Below are positions 25,149 to 37,783 of a stretch of 64,000 nucleotides of DNA, piece by piece. A model generated the notes under the pieces. The model made no database searches. It was not told where the DNA came from and saw only the letters and a list, made by a program, of their open reading frames with translations. Origin of the DNA: Tricharina praecox (Eukaryota); contig NW_026250424.1 in the NCBI RefSeq assembly GCF_024521635.1, positions 124,001-188,000 on the forward strand, in the 5' to 3' direction. A program made the position numbers and the translations under genes. Each line of letters opens with the position of its first letter. Position 1 is the first letter of the stretch.

Positions 25149-25424
25149 AGGAGTGGCCTTGAAGTAAATTTGAACCTTCCGTGCGAACCGGACGTGTTAG
25201 GTTTGGCTACCAGCAAATTCGCATGATGACGAAAGAACTACCGTCGAGAGAGAAGGCGACCTCGTCATCCAGCAAACTAGGTACTCCATTTGTTGACAAA
25301 ACACATTTACCAACACCACCTCCAACACCAACACCAGCACCCACAGTTCCAACTGTGACTTTTAAAAGCCCCCAGCGCCACCAGCACCACCGAGTATGTA
25401 CAATAAGATTTGAAGTCCTCCCAG

Positions 25425-25808
25425 CTACGACCCGGGCTCACGCTTATCCAAATGATGCGCCTCCTTCTTAGCCCTGCGCTCCTTCCCGGCGCGGCCAGGG
25501 GGATCACCGCCCTTCCCGCTGCCGTCCCTCGTGGGCCCATGGCTGCCGCCGCCACTCATTGCGCCGTCCTTCAGCGAGCGCCCACATACCTCCGGCATAG
25601 GCGCGACTTTGTGTGCGCGGTTCGTGTTGCGCGGATCGGATTCCTGGGGTGGAAATGTCAATAAGAGAGGGAAGAGGGAGGTAGGGGGGGGGGGGCGGGG
25701 GAGGTAGGGGGAGGGGGGAGGTAGCGGGGGAAGGGTACGTACCACGGCGGGGTCGCGCGGCACGCCGGTGTTCATCGGCTTGTCGGGGTTGGTGTAGGTG
25801 GACGACAT
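25425..25808 (-). CDS. Small hydrophilic hypothetical protein (~95 aa), 2 exons (25808-25743, 25643-25425)
   Basis: ACAACAATG start context; GTACGT...ATTGAC...CAG 99-nt phase-0 intron; MSSTYTNPDKPMNTGVPRDPAV-ESDPRNTNRAHK... Confidence 0.6.
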   Translation of the reverse strand: MSSTYTNPDKPMNTGVPRDPAVVRTLPPLPPPSPYLPRPPPPTSLFPLLLTFPPQESDPRNTNRAHKVAPMPEVCGRSLKDGAMSGGGSHGPTRDGSGKGGDPPGRAGKERRAKKEAHHLDKREPGS

Positions 25809-27091
25809 TGTTGTTGGTTGTTTGTTTGTTGGTGGTGGGCCAGAGACGCAGGCAACGGGGGGTATGAGGGGAATGCGGTTTATATCGTCCGAGGATTCCT
25901 GCCAGCTGGGCGCTGACATCAATGCTGCTCATACGCACTGTACGTAGCCCAGTATGTGCGGTTTCCGGCGTCGACTAGGCAGCGAAAGGCGGTCCGGTCC
26001 GTCTAGAGCTCGGACCGGATTGCGCAGCCCAGCGAGCGCGGATCGGTATCCATCTTCGCACCGAAAGCTCCAGTCGCCTGCTAAGGTCCGTACAAAGTAT
26101 CCCCGGATTAGAAGGATTACCTCTCTGTAAGCCATTGATATCCATTGGTTGGACAGGACTGGAATAAACCATTCCCCACCTGTACAGCGTACATACATAG
26201 GTACAGATTACAGACCGAACATACTTGGCTATGGAGCTATGGTGAACCCTGGGTGACGGATCACGATGAACGCGGTTGATGCGGATGGGATGCGGTCATG
26301 GGGTGAGGTGCGTGCGTTGCACAGTTTCACAGTTGCACAGTTAAATAGTGCTCCCGTGCTCCCGCCATCCGCTCGGTATGCAGGTGATGGAGACGAGCGA
26401 GCTAACTACCGGGGGGTAGGTAATAGCGGTACCGGTACTAGTACTTTTCACAATCGATGCAATACTGCAACGTCAGAGACGAATCAATACTACCGGTATC
26501 CAACTCTGCACGCCAACAATCAGAATCCTGCGACCACCTCCCTCGAAACCTCCAGTGTCGGTCCCATTAGCCAGTTTGAGCTCCTACGAACACATGCGTC
26601 CCTCGGACTCGGTTCTGCGACATATATGAGAATGGCAGTGGTAATCTGGGGACGATCCGTGAGATTGAGAAAAATAGCCGATCGCTCTCTAGCACTCGTG
26701 TGGTCGGGACGAGTGATATCTCAATCTCATGACGTCATGCGTCCCGATACCTAGCTTTTATCGTTATGTACGACTCATGCACGAACCATTGAATCTCTGA
26801 AAGGGAGGACAGTCAAGCGATGAATCCTCGGGTTTTGTTGTCATGATTTTACCTAGGCTGCTGCCTGGGGGGAACTAAAAGAGATGGCTCGCCACGAAAC
26901 ACAAGCCCACCTGCTCTACCGGTTATAACTTATTTGAGCGACTCCAATTGCCGGACCACTTTGAAAAGTGAGAGTGAGAGAATTACTCGACCGATTGCGG
27001 TCTATACTGCGGAGATACTACTAATATACATTTGCGGCATGCTTTCCCACCCACCCTCCCCGTTTTCCCAACTCTCCTAACCGGTCGGCAT

Positions 27092-28283
27092 CTACTTCTT
27101 AGTCTTCCGTTTCTTCGGCTTGAACTCATCGGAGTAAGTTTTGAAGAAGTCCGTCATTTCGGTCGGATGGGTTCCGGTGATATCATGGAAAGCGTGGGTT
27201 GAAATGTAGTTGGTCTTTCCGGCACGGACCAGAGCGTAGTACTCCAGCAGATATTCTTTCTCGGCATCGCTGATCTCGGCTTGGTCGTCTAGCAGGCTCT
27301 GTGCGTCCTCTCTGTGGCGGAGGGTTAGCAATCTTCAAACTGCGGTGGGGTGGCAGCTGTACTCCGAGATTTCCTCGAACTCCATCTTTGCGCCTAATCC
27401 TTGGCTGGCTGCCTCGGCGAGCTCTTTGCCAGCGACCATCATGGGTCCTGCACATGAGGCGGTTAGTATCATCGTCCGATTGCGGGGGATTTAGAGTGCA
27501 GTAGTATACCGGTGATGGTGATCAATTGCCCCCGCACTTTGTCTCCCAGCCCGTGCGGGCCCGACTCAGTGACTACATGTGCAGCCAACAAGGCGATATC
27601 GCCCAACGACACGGGGGCAAACTTGTGGGTAGGACCGATTGGCAGCGGGAGCTTCCCCTTATCCTTTGCCTGCTTGTTGTACAGCAGCAGGTTTTCGGCG
27701 TAGAATCCGGCACTAAACGTAGTGTCAGAATCAAGCCGCCGGAAAAGGAGAGAAAATAAAAAACCAACCGAATGATACAAGGGCTGTGTCCGGCTTCGGT
27801 GCTGGTGTCGCCCTTGGCGGCCATCAATTCGGTCTCGATATCGATGAACTCTCTCAGCCGCGGCTGGGCGTCGCGCTCGGCCATATCGCAGCCGGCGGAG
27901 CTGATCAGCACCACGTTCGGGATTCCGGCGTCCTTGGTCGCCTGCAACATCTCCTTGCTCGCCTCGAGCTTGTTATCGACGGACGGCGGGATGACGAGGA
28001 TCGTGTCTGCGCCTGCACCTTCGAAGGCTTCGGTGGTTCCCTCTAGGTCCCCGGGAGTGCAGGGGATGATGGTGGCCCCCTTTTCCTCGAGGTCCTTGAT
28101 GTGTTGGTGCTCGGGATTGCAAGTGGCTACCTGCAGCTTCGCGAGCTTGGATGAGAACTGGTCATCCGTCAGGAGCAGCTCGGCGATCAGGTGGCCGGTT
28201 TGGCCCTCGCCGGTAGTGACGATGAGATTTCTCGACGGAGCGGAGGAGGAGGAGGCGGATTTTTGTTTCTTTTCGTCCGACAT
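27092..28283 (-). CDS. NmrA-like NAD(P)-binding protein, 4 exons
   Basis: IVTTGEGQTGHLIAELL Rossmann motif, CIIR-AGFYAEN, FAPVSLGDIA, ITGP..GKELA, ITGTHPT. Introns at 27768-27713, ~27510-27448 and ~27362-27313. Confidence 0.88.
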
Positions 28284-29044
28284 GATGATGGTGGGGATGA
28301 TGATGGACGAGATGAGAGGGAGAGGGGGAGGAATTGGAAGGAAAGGAATCCGATTATTGGGCTGGGGGGACGGAAGTGTGTTTTATGGGCGGGCCTCATG
28401 TCCGCGTCGTCATGACGTCTGTGGATGGTACACTGTCGTACATTGATGGTGCACTCGACGCGACCAGCCGACGGCCAGCCATTTGGGAACAGCCATCAGG
28501 TAATCGTGACGTTTGTTGGATGCATTGAGGTTTGTCTGCGGGTTTGCGGCTGGTCGGGAGGTGGAGGTGGCTTGCAGGAACGATGCATCTGGACGATGAT
28601 CATCGGCCGTTAGGGTTTGGATGGCCTAACTTTCCAGGATGAATGCGGTAACTAAGCATGGGGGCCACATTGATCCGCACCGGGCCTGTTGGATCGCGAT
28701 TTGCGACGGCAATGCAGGGTAACTAGAGTACACCGCTGCGGCCGGGCCAACAGTCAAGACCCAAGACTTCACGATCCCGTGAGGAATCCTCACTTAGGTA
28801 CACACATACGGCAATCTACAGGAAAGAAGCGCGCATAACCAGCCTTCCCTCATCCATCTTCGTCTTCGTCTCCGCTCCTCGGCCAACAAAAAAAAAGAAA
28901 CTCTCGAATTAAAAACACAGTACACTTCGACTGCGGATACATGGATAACTACGAGCCTCGACTCTCAAGGACATACATAACAAGTACACACGCTAACAAT
29001 AACCACAGACAGACACCCCTGCAGAATAATGCTCAATGCTCATC

Positions 29045-29532
29045 TCAAACCTCAAAGTCGCACCAGATGCGATCTTTCTCCGTCAAGATGCCCTTCTCGT
29101 TGAACAGCACGCCCTCGGCCCGCAGCTTCTCCAGCTTCTTACTGCAGTTCATACCCGACGGCGCCTTGCTCCAGTCGCCCACGCCGCCGATATAGCCGTC
29201 GGACGCGATCACGCGGTGGCACGGCACATCGTCGAACGGATTCCGACCTGCATCTCGCTCAGCATCTCGCCTACGAGCAGTGGGGGGCCGGGGGCGGGGG
29301 AGAACCCACGTAGAGCTCCGCCGATCGCTCGCGGCGAGGAGTTGAGCAGGTCCGACATGTGCTTGTAGGTGCTCACCTTACCAGACGGAATCTGCTTGAG
29401 GAGGGCGTAGACTTTCTGTGCCGAATGGAATCGATTAGCGACCTTTCACTCGGCCCCTCCCCCGCCGCATCGATCTAGGTAATTCGAGTACTCTACCTCT
29501 TGATAGGGAGTGACTTTGATCTCTGAAGCCAT
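29045..29532 (-). CDS. O6-methylguanine-DNA methyltransferase-like protein (DNA-binding/active-site domain only), 3 exons
   Basis: MASEIKVTPYQE / KVYALLKQIPSGKVSTY..SSPRAIGGALR / NPFDDVPCHRVIASDGYIGG..KLEKLRAEGV; PCHRV active-site motif. Confidence 0.88.
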
Positions 29533-29668
29533 GCTGTCCTTTTTTTCTCCTTGTTTTCTTCTTCTTTTCTCCTGTGCGTTTTCCCGGCGGTTTTCCTGGC
29601 GTTCGTCGTCGTTCTCCTTTTCTTTCTACGGGGGGACGTGTTTAGTTATGTACTAGCGCCCGGGGAAG

Positions 29669-29685
29669 ACGCGATATAAACGCGT
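29669..29685. promoter_or_regulatory. MCB-like elements (ACGCGA, ACGCGT) upstream of the DNA-repair gene
   Basis: Two closely spaced MluI-box-like motifs ~140 bp upstream of the ATG at 29532. Confidence 0.45.
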
Positions 29686-30319
29686 TTTTGAAGACTGATG
29701 CCAAGAGCGCCCTGATCCCCGATACGGCCAATCGGAGCGGCTTCCTCCGGCGTAATACGAGACATGACTCCCTCTTCATGCCATGACATATGATTTGATA
29801 GGTAGAGTATATATCATGAGAGTGGCTGTGCTGTGCCACCGGAGAGAGCGATGGGCCCGCTGGTCGCCGTAGTGGGAAATTCGTTCCGACTATCCCCTCT
29901 GTCTGGACTCTGGAATCAATTTGTGGGATCCGCACGGCGGGGGCTCCTACAGGCTGCGCTCATGTGCACGACTCTTCAGCTTCAAGTGTTCGCGACCGGG
30001 GGCGGGGGCGAGAAAGTGCCTCTGTGTATCTACCGCAAACCTGACGGGTTTCAATGTTTCATCTGTGGCCACTATGGCCTATGGGACTCGGGGATATCCA
30101 TAAATTCCATCCATCCAGCCCGCCGTAACCGCGGGTGCTAACTAGCACTGTACTCTATACAAAACTCGGTATGTACGCAGATTCGTCGATATCATTGAAG
30201 CCTCGAAGCCATATATTCTCAGGTATCTTTGCGACTACCTAGTGACAGGCTTACAGCACACAGAAGATGACGGAGAAATATATAGTAGATTATACAGGTC
30301 CCGCCACTATAGTAGATAG

Positions 30320-31669
30320 TTATTCCAGACTGATTCCTACCACGATCGAAGCGATGACGCCGTCGGCGATCCTGCGTCCCAGGAGATCAGTCTTTGCGAT
30401 GCCTGTGGATCGTACTGTCAGTCTAGCGCTCTCGGAAGAGGAGAGGGGAAGGGGAAGGCGGAGTGAAAGCGTATGTACATACCATTGTAGCCATTCATCT
30501 GCCGCTTAAAGATGCGATCCTCAGAGTTCAGCGTGAGACGCTTTCTATTGGAAGCGTCTGGTTCCTTCAAATTGGTTACATTAGCACGGTACGTAGGGTC
30601 ATCTTTGGTAGCGAAAGTGGGAGTAGGAACGCAGCCGCACCTTCCTCTCAACCCGGGCGATAAAGTTCTGGTCATAAAAGACCTGTCCGATATGCGGCCG
30701 TTGGCCGCCGAAGTAGGTGTTTCCCTGACTGTTCCTCCCGTGTGCACGAGGATGTGCGTGTGGATCGCACGTCCCTGTGGAAGAGTCAGTCATACGGAGC
30801 GGGAGAAAGCCAATACCTATGGAGATGGGATGATACATACGCGGTAGTGCCCAGGCCAGATGGTCGTGAACTTTGCAACTCCGTTCTCGTCCGTGGGCTG
30901 CAGGCAGCGCAGCCAGGTTTCGCCCTGCGGGAGTGTTAGAGGAATCCCAGAGATGCTTTCGGATGTGCGCTGGACGTACTCTGGTCCGCTCGGCACGGAA
31001 ACCAAAATACGATCCGGTCGCGTTCTGGGGAATCGGCATTCATGGCGTTAGTTATGTACCTTCGAGAAGGAGAAGGAGAACTCACGGCATGCCACATATC
31101 AACATATTCTCCCTCTAACGGCGTGCAGTCCGCCACGTTGATGAACTGCAGTTCGAGGAGCAGCTCTACACCAGGCTCCTCCTCTCGATTATCCTTACGG
31201 ATGGGCCTGTGAGGATGCAAGTGTTACTATCCGATGAACGATCGAGCTTCAGATGTACCTATGTACATGCGGTTAAGATAATATGGGCCAGTCTTGCATC
31301 AGCAAACACCCCCGATCTCAGTGTATACGTAGCCTACTTACAGATCGTGACCTCCGGAGCCAAAACACAGCTGGCCTGCCTCTCCTCGAGGTCCAAGCCC
31401 GCGCCTCTCTTCGCCACACTCCGTCTCCGAACCCCGCGCCTCTCAGCATGCTCATTGATCCACGCCTTGCGCTTCGCAAACCGGCGGTCATGGAGCTCGC
31501 GGTTCCTCAGCAGCTTGTTTTGACACGCCTCGAACGAGCGAATGGCGTTATCGGTGTGGCGCTTTGCCGCCGCAAGCGCTTGGACAGACTCGTCGGCGGG
31601 ATGCGCGACGGCAGCCGGGAGAAGTGCCGCCGCCGCGAAGAGAATGAGTGATGTGAGCTTCATTGTCAT
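30320..31669 (-). pseudogene. Secreted intradiol ring-cleavage dioxygenase-like protein, multi-exon, apparently frameshifted
   Basis: Signal peptide; CVLAPEVT, GPYY, CTPL..YVDMWHA-NATGSY, QPTDENGVAKFTTIWPGHY, RAIHTH, HIGQVFYDQ, LLG..IADGVIASIVVGI. Frame break near 30725 (HTGGTV / GNTYFGG) with no intron signals. Confidence 0.75.
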
Positions 31670-31907
31670 GGTGCTGGATCGAGGGATGCCGGAAGGAACG
31701 AACAATGGTTGTGACTGGTGGAAAGGATCGGAATTGCAGTGCGGAATGGAGATAGCGAATCTCAACGGTGATAACTACTGGGGATCCGATCAACTGGAAT
31801 TGCCGATGCAGACAGGCCGGTTGGTGTAGTTTATATCCCCTCCAAGAATCCGCTTCACTTGGCCCCGTCGGCGCTCGACTGCCAACATCATGCCGTATTG
31901 AGCATTC

Positions 31908-32159
31908 TGTTGATATTACGCGTCCTATTTCCCGTTCCGGTATCACTGCTACATTCCACTGTCCTTTTGCATACCGCCCTCATCCTCCGTGGCTGCTTAG
32001 CAACGTCCATGGCTTCTCATCAGAATCGGCCTCGTCAGCTGAAAGCCTTCCAGCCCCCAGCCCCCAGCCCAGTCCGGCGACAGCTATCGCCGCAACCTCT
32101 GTCTGAGGCCCGGCTTCCTCGTCGCCAACACGAGCTCGTTTCCCTTGATAAGCAGTCTT
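31908..32159 (+). repeat. Dispersed ~250-bp direct repeat, copy 2
   Basis: Colinear with 24910-25148. Confidence 0.85.
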
Positions 32160-33755
32160 CTTTCTCATCTTTCTCATATCAATATATTAATCAAGCCAAG
32201 TTCTTCTCTCAATCCCAACACTTTCCGAGGCCCGCGCGGCCCCCAAGGCTGTGGACAACGACGAAGATGAAGAGCACTATCACCCACCTTGGCGTTACAC
32301 GCTGTTGGCGTACCTATGTGTGAAAATATTTCATGGAAATTTGCCCATCGGGCTCCCCTTGCCATCCTCTCCTCTCCCGGGTGACAGGACGCGTGAACTA
32401 GCCACGGCTAGCACTGCAGTCGATGATTGATTCCTGGAGAACCAAGTAGTCCGTCCCTGCGTCAGTCCGTTCGCACTGTGTTGAACTATCTGTCGGTCAT
32501 AGGCCTAGATACAGAAGGTGAAGGACCCCGTGGCGGCGCGCCGACATGAAAAACCGCGCATATGTGGTAGGTATATTGTTATGTACTTCTCGCGATTTAA
32601 GCTTTTGCCTTTGGTGGTTTTCGACGGTGTCACATGAATCGATCACTACTTCCCCGCATTCCACAATCCTCATATGTAACGTACCGTAGCTACGATTACG
32701 GTTCCTCCCAGCTCATGTACGGCCTGGTCTCGTGACGACCTGGCGACGTCATGACAAAACCGCCTGACGTGATTGGCAGTGATGGATCGGTTCCGAGGTG
32801 TAATAGGCAGAGTGCTATAGATCTGTTGGTAGATGTAGAGATTTCGCCGGGCTCTTGGGATAGAGCACCTACACTTGCAATTAAATGTATCGAACTGGCC
32901 CACGGTAGGACTCCAGCTCTTTCCGCTGAGCCAGTGGGTCCCTATGTTGCGGTAGGTATCCGACTGTGGGTGGCGGACCGAGATGTTGAGGTATGTAGAG
33001 TAACCAGGGCAGGGAATATCAAGGAAGCAAAGCAAGCAAGCATGCGGAGCTAGCAGCAACCACGACGTTGAACGTTCACCGTACCCAAATTGGGGTTGCT
33101 GATTATATAAGCTAAACTTTGAAGTTGGCTAAGCCGGCTATGGAGGCACGGGATCGATATGACATGTGGAGACGAGATTGAAGGTGGTTACTACCTGCTG
33201 CATACTTGCGCACCTCTTCAGGCTATAGTTAGAGGGTTCCATGACGAATTATACGTGGTACCGGTATCTGTCAATCATCCGAGGCACTGTATTTACACCA
33301 ACATAAATCTTGGGATTCAACTCTATCGTTTCGAAGGTGAATGAGATGTACCGAGATCGTGATATACACTGGCGGTATACCGTACGGTGTCGAAGCAGCG
33401 GTTGTGAGGTCAGTCACATACCATCACTCGAGGCGGACGAACAATTCTTGCTTTGCATCTCTGAGATGTGGACCCAGTATCAGGAGAACCCTATTGTCCG
33501 TCCAGCTTATTCTCTGGCTCATGAATATTGTTGGGAAATTGTGATGGTTTTGACGTCGGTGGATGACAAGGCTGCAAGCGGTTAGCCCGGATTTCCGCGA
33601 AGGACGGGCAGCCCTGGCAGCCCTGCACTGTGCAGCAGTGAGCACACTATTCTAAAATCGGCCCGGGATCTTCATCACCCCGCGCAATCACGACTCCCAG
33701 AGTCACCACGGCTCTTCCACCGGCCAACCTCTCCCAACGGCCCACCTCTCCCACC

Positions 33756-34355
33756 ATGCCCGCCATCATCTCGCACGACACGGGCACCGACGCCGCCGAG
33801 TCCCTCGTCTACACCTCGCAGCCGCCGGTATACACCTACACCACCTCGCTCATCTCCTACGCACTCCCTCCATCGCAGTTCGTAACGCCCGAGACACCCC
33901 AGGTCGCGGTCGGCGCGTTCATCTTCACGCCGCCCGGCACATCCCCACCCAAGGTCCTCCTCCTGCGTCGCGCGGCAACAGATTCCTATCCCAACCTCTG
34001 GGAGGTCCCCGGTGGTGGCGCCGATCCGGAAGACACGACGCTTCTCGATGCTGTTGCGCGCGAGGCGCTGGAGGAGTCGGGACTCGTGGCCGCTACTATC
34101 GTAGAGTTTCTGGGGACCGTGGAGTTCGGGACTAGCAGAGGCAACTGGTGCATCAAATATAACTTCTTGGTGGATGTGGAGGAGGGCGAGGTGACGACGA
34201 ATCCGGCGGAACACTCGGATGGGAGGTGGTTTGACCTCGAGGAGGTCAGGACCTTGGCTGTCACTACTGAGCTCATGCGGGAGAGTCTAGTGAAAGCTTT
34301 TGAAAGGGTGGAGGAGCTGAGGAGGAGCCGGGGGATTAGCGATCCAGTCAGTTGA
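33756..34355 (+). CDS. Nudix hydrolase
   Basis: LLLRRA..YPNLWEVPGGGADPEDTTLLDAVAREALEESGL Nudix box; NPAEHSDGRW. Confidence 0.92.
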   Translation: MPAIISHDTGTDAAESLVYTSQPPVYTYTTSLISYALPPSQFVTPETPQVAVGAFIFTPPGTSPPKVLLLRRAATDSYPNLWEVPGGGADPEDTTLLDAVAREALEESGLVAATIVEFLGTVEFGTSRGNWCIKYNFLVDVEEGEVTTNPAEHSDGRWFDLEEVRTLAVTTELMRESLVKAFERVEELRRSRGISDPVS

Positions 34356-35665
34356 GATATACAATGGCGTCGGTTATGTTTTGTTTGATCGTTGATTGCA
34401 TGCGACCTGGCTAGATCATGCCAATATACCCTCACTTTGTTTCCGTGTCCGCTGTCCAACTCAACTTTCGTGAAGCGGCCCAATGTGGCTTCCTCTGCCC
34501 TCGGCCATGGCCTGTCCCGGCGATGTATACATTCACTCTCTCGTGTTGTCTGTCACCACTATGGGAGGAGCGATATGTAGGATAGATATGGGATCAGATA
34601 AGATAAGAGAAAGGGCTAGTCGGATCGGTGGATCTGAATGGTGGATAGCCGCACTAGCCGGATCGGGTGGCATCGAACGTTGTAGGCAGCGGAGGAGAGC
34701 CATATGAGCATTGAGATGGCTCTTCGAAGTTGAAGAGAACCTCAACCATTCCTTGCTACATAAAAAACCGACCACATCCCAGTCCCAATCCGCAATTCTC
34801 CCAGCCCCGCGAATAATCATCTCAAGACGAGAAGGAAAAAAGGAAGTCTACAGCCAGTGCTGAATGGAAGACGATGCCTGAAGCCTTGAAGTTCCTCAGA
34901 GTCAAGAGCTGGTAGAGAGCGGGGATGATGATCGATTGCAGGGACGGTGGAGGAAATCCAAGCATTGGAGGAGGAGGAAGTGTTGCATGCCGTCGTCCGG
35001 TTGGCGATGTCGGCTTCAGGGCCTGTATCCGAGTGATTTCAAAGATACCACTTTTAGTTTTTTACGTTTCTTTTGTGGATAGGTGCATCGGTATCGAATA
35101 CACTTGTGAAAAGTAAAAGTATGATCGAAAGACTTGATTGTTCTCTCTCTCTTCCTGTGGTAGTAGGTCCTCTATATACGCGCGCTATCTAGATGGCCTC
35201 CAGGCTCGCCCGTTCGACGAACTGCTCCTACTATAGATCACCCCATCACAGCGCTCGGGGCACCGGATATGATTCGGACGCCTATGTAAGGTCTGGAGGA
35301 CTAGGGTCCGGCGCTAGTAGTCCTCCGGCGCCAGTAGCCCTCCGGCGCCGGGCGTCCAAGGTGTCCTCCGGAGCTTTCTGACGTTTAGATAGATCTGCCA
35401 AAATGCGCCGATCCATCATCCGATCTCTAGCACTCTGCCAATGAGCTTTTAACCGGCTACTGCAGTGGACATTATCCCGACCTCAGTTTGGCCAATGTGG
35501 TTAGACGGATCCCTTATCGAAGACCCATGAAAGGTGAGCCGAGTGACGCGCGTCAGACACAGCTCGAGAACCGGGCTATATATTGTCGGTACCTCCTACC
35601 TACTGCAACGATTCTTCGAGCTTTCAACGGACTCGCCTTTCGTCTCTGCTGTCCGGTCCGCAATC

Positions 35666-37417
35666 ATGCAGCTCCTCCGTCTCCGCCTGCTAATACTGGG
35701 GCTGATCCACCTGCACCCTCTCTCCAGCACCCACATCCCGCACTCCGCCCCGATCCAGCGTCCTCTATCCTCCATCTCCGCATCACCATCCCCCTTCAAC
35801 CCCTCCTTCATCTTCAGCTCCGTGCACGGGCTTCTACGGCAGCTGCCGAACACGTTCTCGCCGAACGGCTTCTCGATCGCCGCGGGCACGGTGCCGGCAT
35901 ACACAAACCTGTACCACGCGCGCAAGGACGCGGGCGACATTCCCAAGGTAGAGTGGGTCGCTTTCGACGCAGAGATGTCCTACGGGATCATGGGCGGCCG
36001 CGGCGGCGAGACTTGGCTGCACACGTTTGTCACCACGCGCGACGTGCGTGTCCTTGTGTTCGACGGGATGAGCGCTGCGCTGAGAGAGAGCGGAACGCTG
36101 GATGCGCAGGCGGTTTTTTTGCATGGTGGGGTGAATGGGAGTGAGCTGAGAGATGGGAATGGCCCAGGGAGGTATGGCTCGCCGGTGAGGGATGAGTACG
36201 AAAGGGCGGAGGGGCTGTGTAAGTGGGCACGGGAATTGCCCGGGGCACGCATAGAGGGCTTCGTCAGGATGAATACCGGGTTCGAGATGATTTGGTGCGA
36301 CTTTGAGGACAGCGATAGCTGGAAGCTCGTCTCGAAGTTGAATGTCACTGCGCCGGCTGGGCAGAGCCAGCACGGGGGTGCAGGTGTGGATATGGATATG
36401 GATATGTTTGCACCGGAAGAACTGCCCACTCCACCGCCCGGTGGTCCCGGATACGGACCTGGCCCACCAGACGGCCCACCCGACGGCCCCGATGGCCCCG
36501 GCAGTGGCGGCTTCAAAATGCCATGGGCCGGCGCTTCAGGCTGGGAATGGATCCGCTCAGCGACATGGCACTACGTTGTGCCCGAACTGCGCGTGATCCC
36601 AGACCTCTGCCGGTTCTTTACGTTCTACGACCCATCATTCGCCTCGTTCCCGCACGACCTGCGCACGCCAAAAGATTCCTCGCACCGGCTGGTGAACGTG
36701 ACGCGCGATGACGCGGCCGCGTTCCGCTCCCGCATCGGTAAGAGTCTGCTCGCCACACACGAGCCGTGCTCGCAACTCGACTGGCGCCGCGTCGCGGGTG
36801 ATGTCATGGATCGATACGGAGGCAGGATTAGGGAGCTGCAGATCGTCCTTGCCAGTGATGGTAATGCTACGGAGAGGGCGGCTGACGCCGCGAAACTCGC
36901 GTTCGCCGCGGTAATGCCGTTTGTGGCTGAGTCGCAGAGGGACGGCGCACAGGAGAGGTGCGCACTGGCTTACACTGAGGCCATACCCGCCGATGCCCTG
37001 TCGCCGCAGGAGGTGCTCCTCCGCGATGCTGTCGAGGCGGTGGTGGGAAGGATCTGCAGGACTTTCCTGGATGTTTATTTTGGATACCTGGAGGATGGTG
37101 GGCGCAAGAAGCAAACCGGGAAGTGGAGAAAGGATGTGGATGAGCTGGTAACGTGGCTGGATTGGGACATGTGGCGCAGGTGCGAGGGCGGCTGCGCTTG
37201 GGGCGAGCTGTGTGCCCTCGCGCTGTGGCCGGTGTTGGGGCTGATGGATGAGAGGGATTGGAAGCAGCCCAGGTGTGTTAATAGCTCGGTGGTAGAGAAC
37301 GGAAGAGGTAGAAGGCCGCGGTATCCTGGCGGTGGTGGCGATGGTGGTGGTGGACACGACGGGCCGGGTGGTGGTAAGCGACCCAGGCGGGCGCTCAAAG
37401 AATACATAGAGGTGTAG
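35666..37417 (+). CDS. Conserved-looking secreted fungal hypothetical protein (583 aa)
   Basis: Long intronless ORF with signal peptide-like N-terminus. Motifs FIFSSVHGLLRQ.PNT..PNG, LYH, EWVAFDAEMS, FDGMSAA, EYERAEGLCKW, EGFVRMNTGFEMIWCDF, WLDW..W..C...C recalled from an uncharacterised fungal family. Confidence 0.8.
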   Translation: MQLLRLRLLILGLIHLHPLSSTHIPHSAPIQRPLSSISASPSPFNPSFIFSSVHGLLRQLPNTFSPNGFSIAAGTVPAYTNLYHARKDAGDIPKVEWVAFDAEMSYGIMGGRGGETWLHTFVTTRDVRVLVFDGMSAALRESGTLDAQAVFLHGGVNGSELRDGNGPGRYGSPVRDEYERAEGLCKWARELPGARIEGFVRMNTGFEMIWCDFEDSDSWKLVSKLNVTAPAGQSQHGGAGVDMDMDMFAPEELPTPPPGGPGYGPGPPDGPPDGPDGPGSGGFKMPWAGASGWEWIRSATWHYVVPELRVIPDLCRFFTFYDPSFASFPHDLRTPKDSSHRLVNVTRDDAAAFRSRIGKSLLATHEPCSQLDWRRVAGDVMDRYGGRIRELQIVLASDGNATERAADAAKLAFAAVMPFVAESQRDGAQERCALAYTEAIPADALSPQEVLLRDAVEAVVGRICRTFLDVYFGYLEDGGRKKQTGKWRKDVDELVTWLDWDMWRRCEGGCAWGELCALALWPVLGLMDERDWKQPRCVNSSVVENGRGRRPRYPGGGGDGGGGHDGPGGGKRPRRALKEYIEV

Positions 37418-37783
37418 AACTCATATCGCAGTTACATAGAATCTCAATATACCCGATACATACTGCCGACTTGCGTTCCATTATTCTCGAGTGATAGGTA
37501 TGCTGCAGACAAGCTGCTTATAACCGAAACCAAAACACCATGCACACGACCCAACCGCCCATATGAACCCACCATATGCATCTATAGAAATCCCGATACG
37601 AAGGAAAGAGAAGGAGAGATAGAGAGTAAGAATGAAAAGATATCTCAGCTCGGTCAAAACCTTCCGCCACGACCATACTCGAATCTGACGCACTTTTCGG
37701 GGGCTTGCAACGCGTCGACTTCCTCGACGTGCTCTATGCCGTGTTAGTTAACTTTCTGCGAGTGATAGTGCGAGTCTTTCGGG

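Noticed and set aside
35290..35375. Short ctccggcgc iterations with a ggaggacta/tagtcctcc hairpin
   Set aside because: Too short and irregular to call a MITE or array; no target-site duplication.
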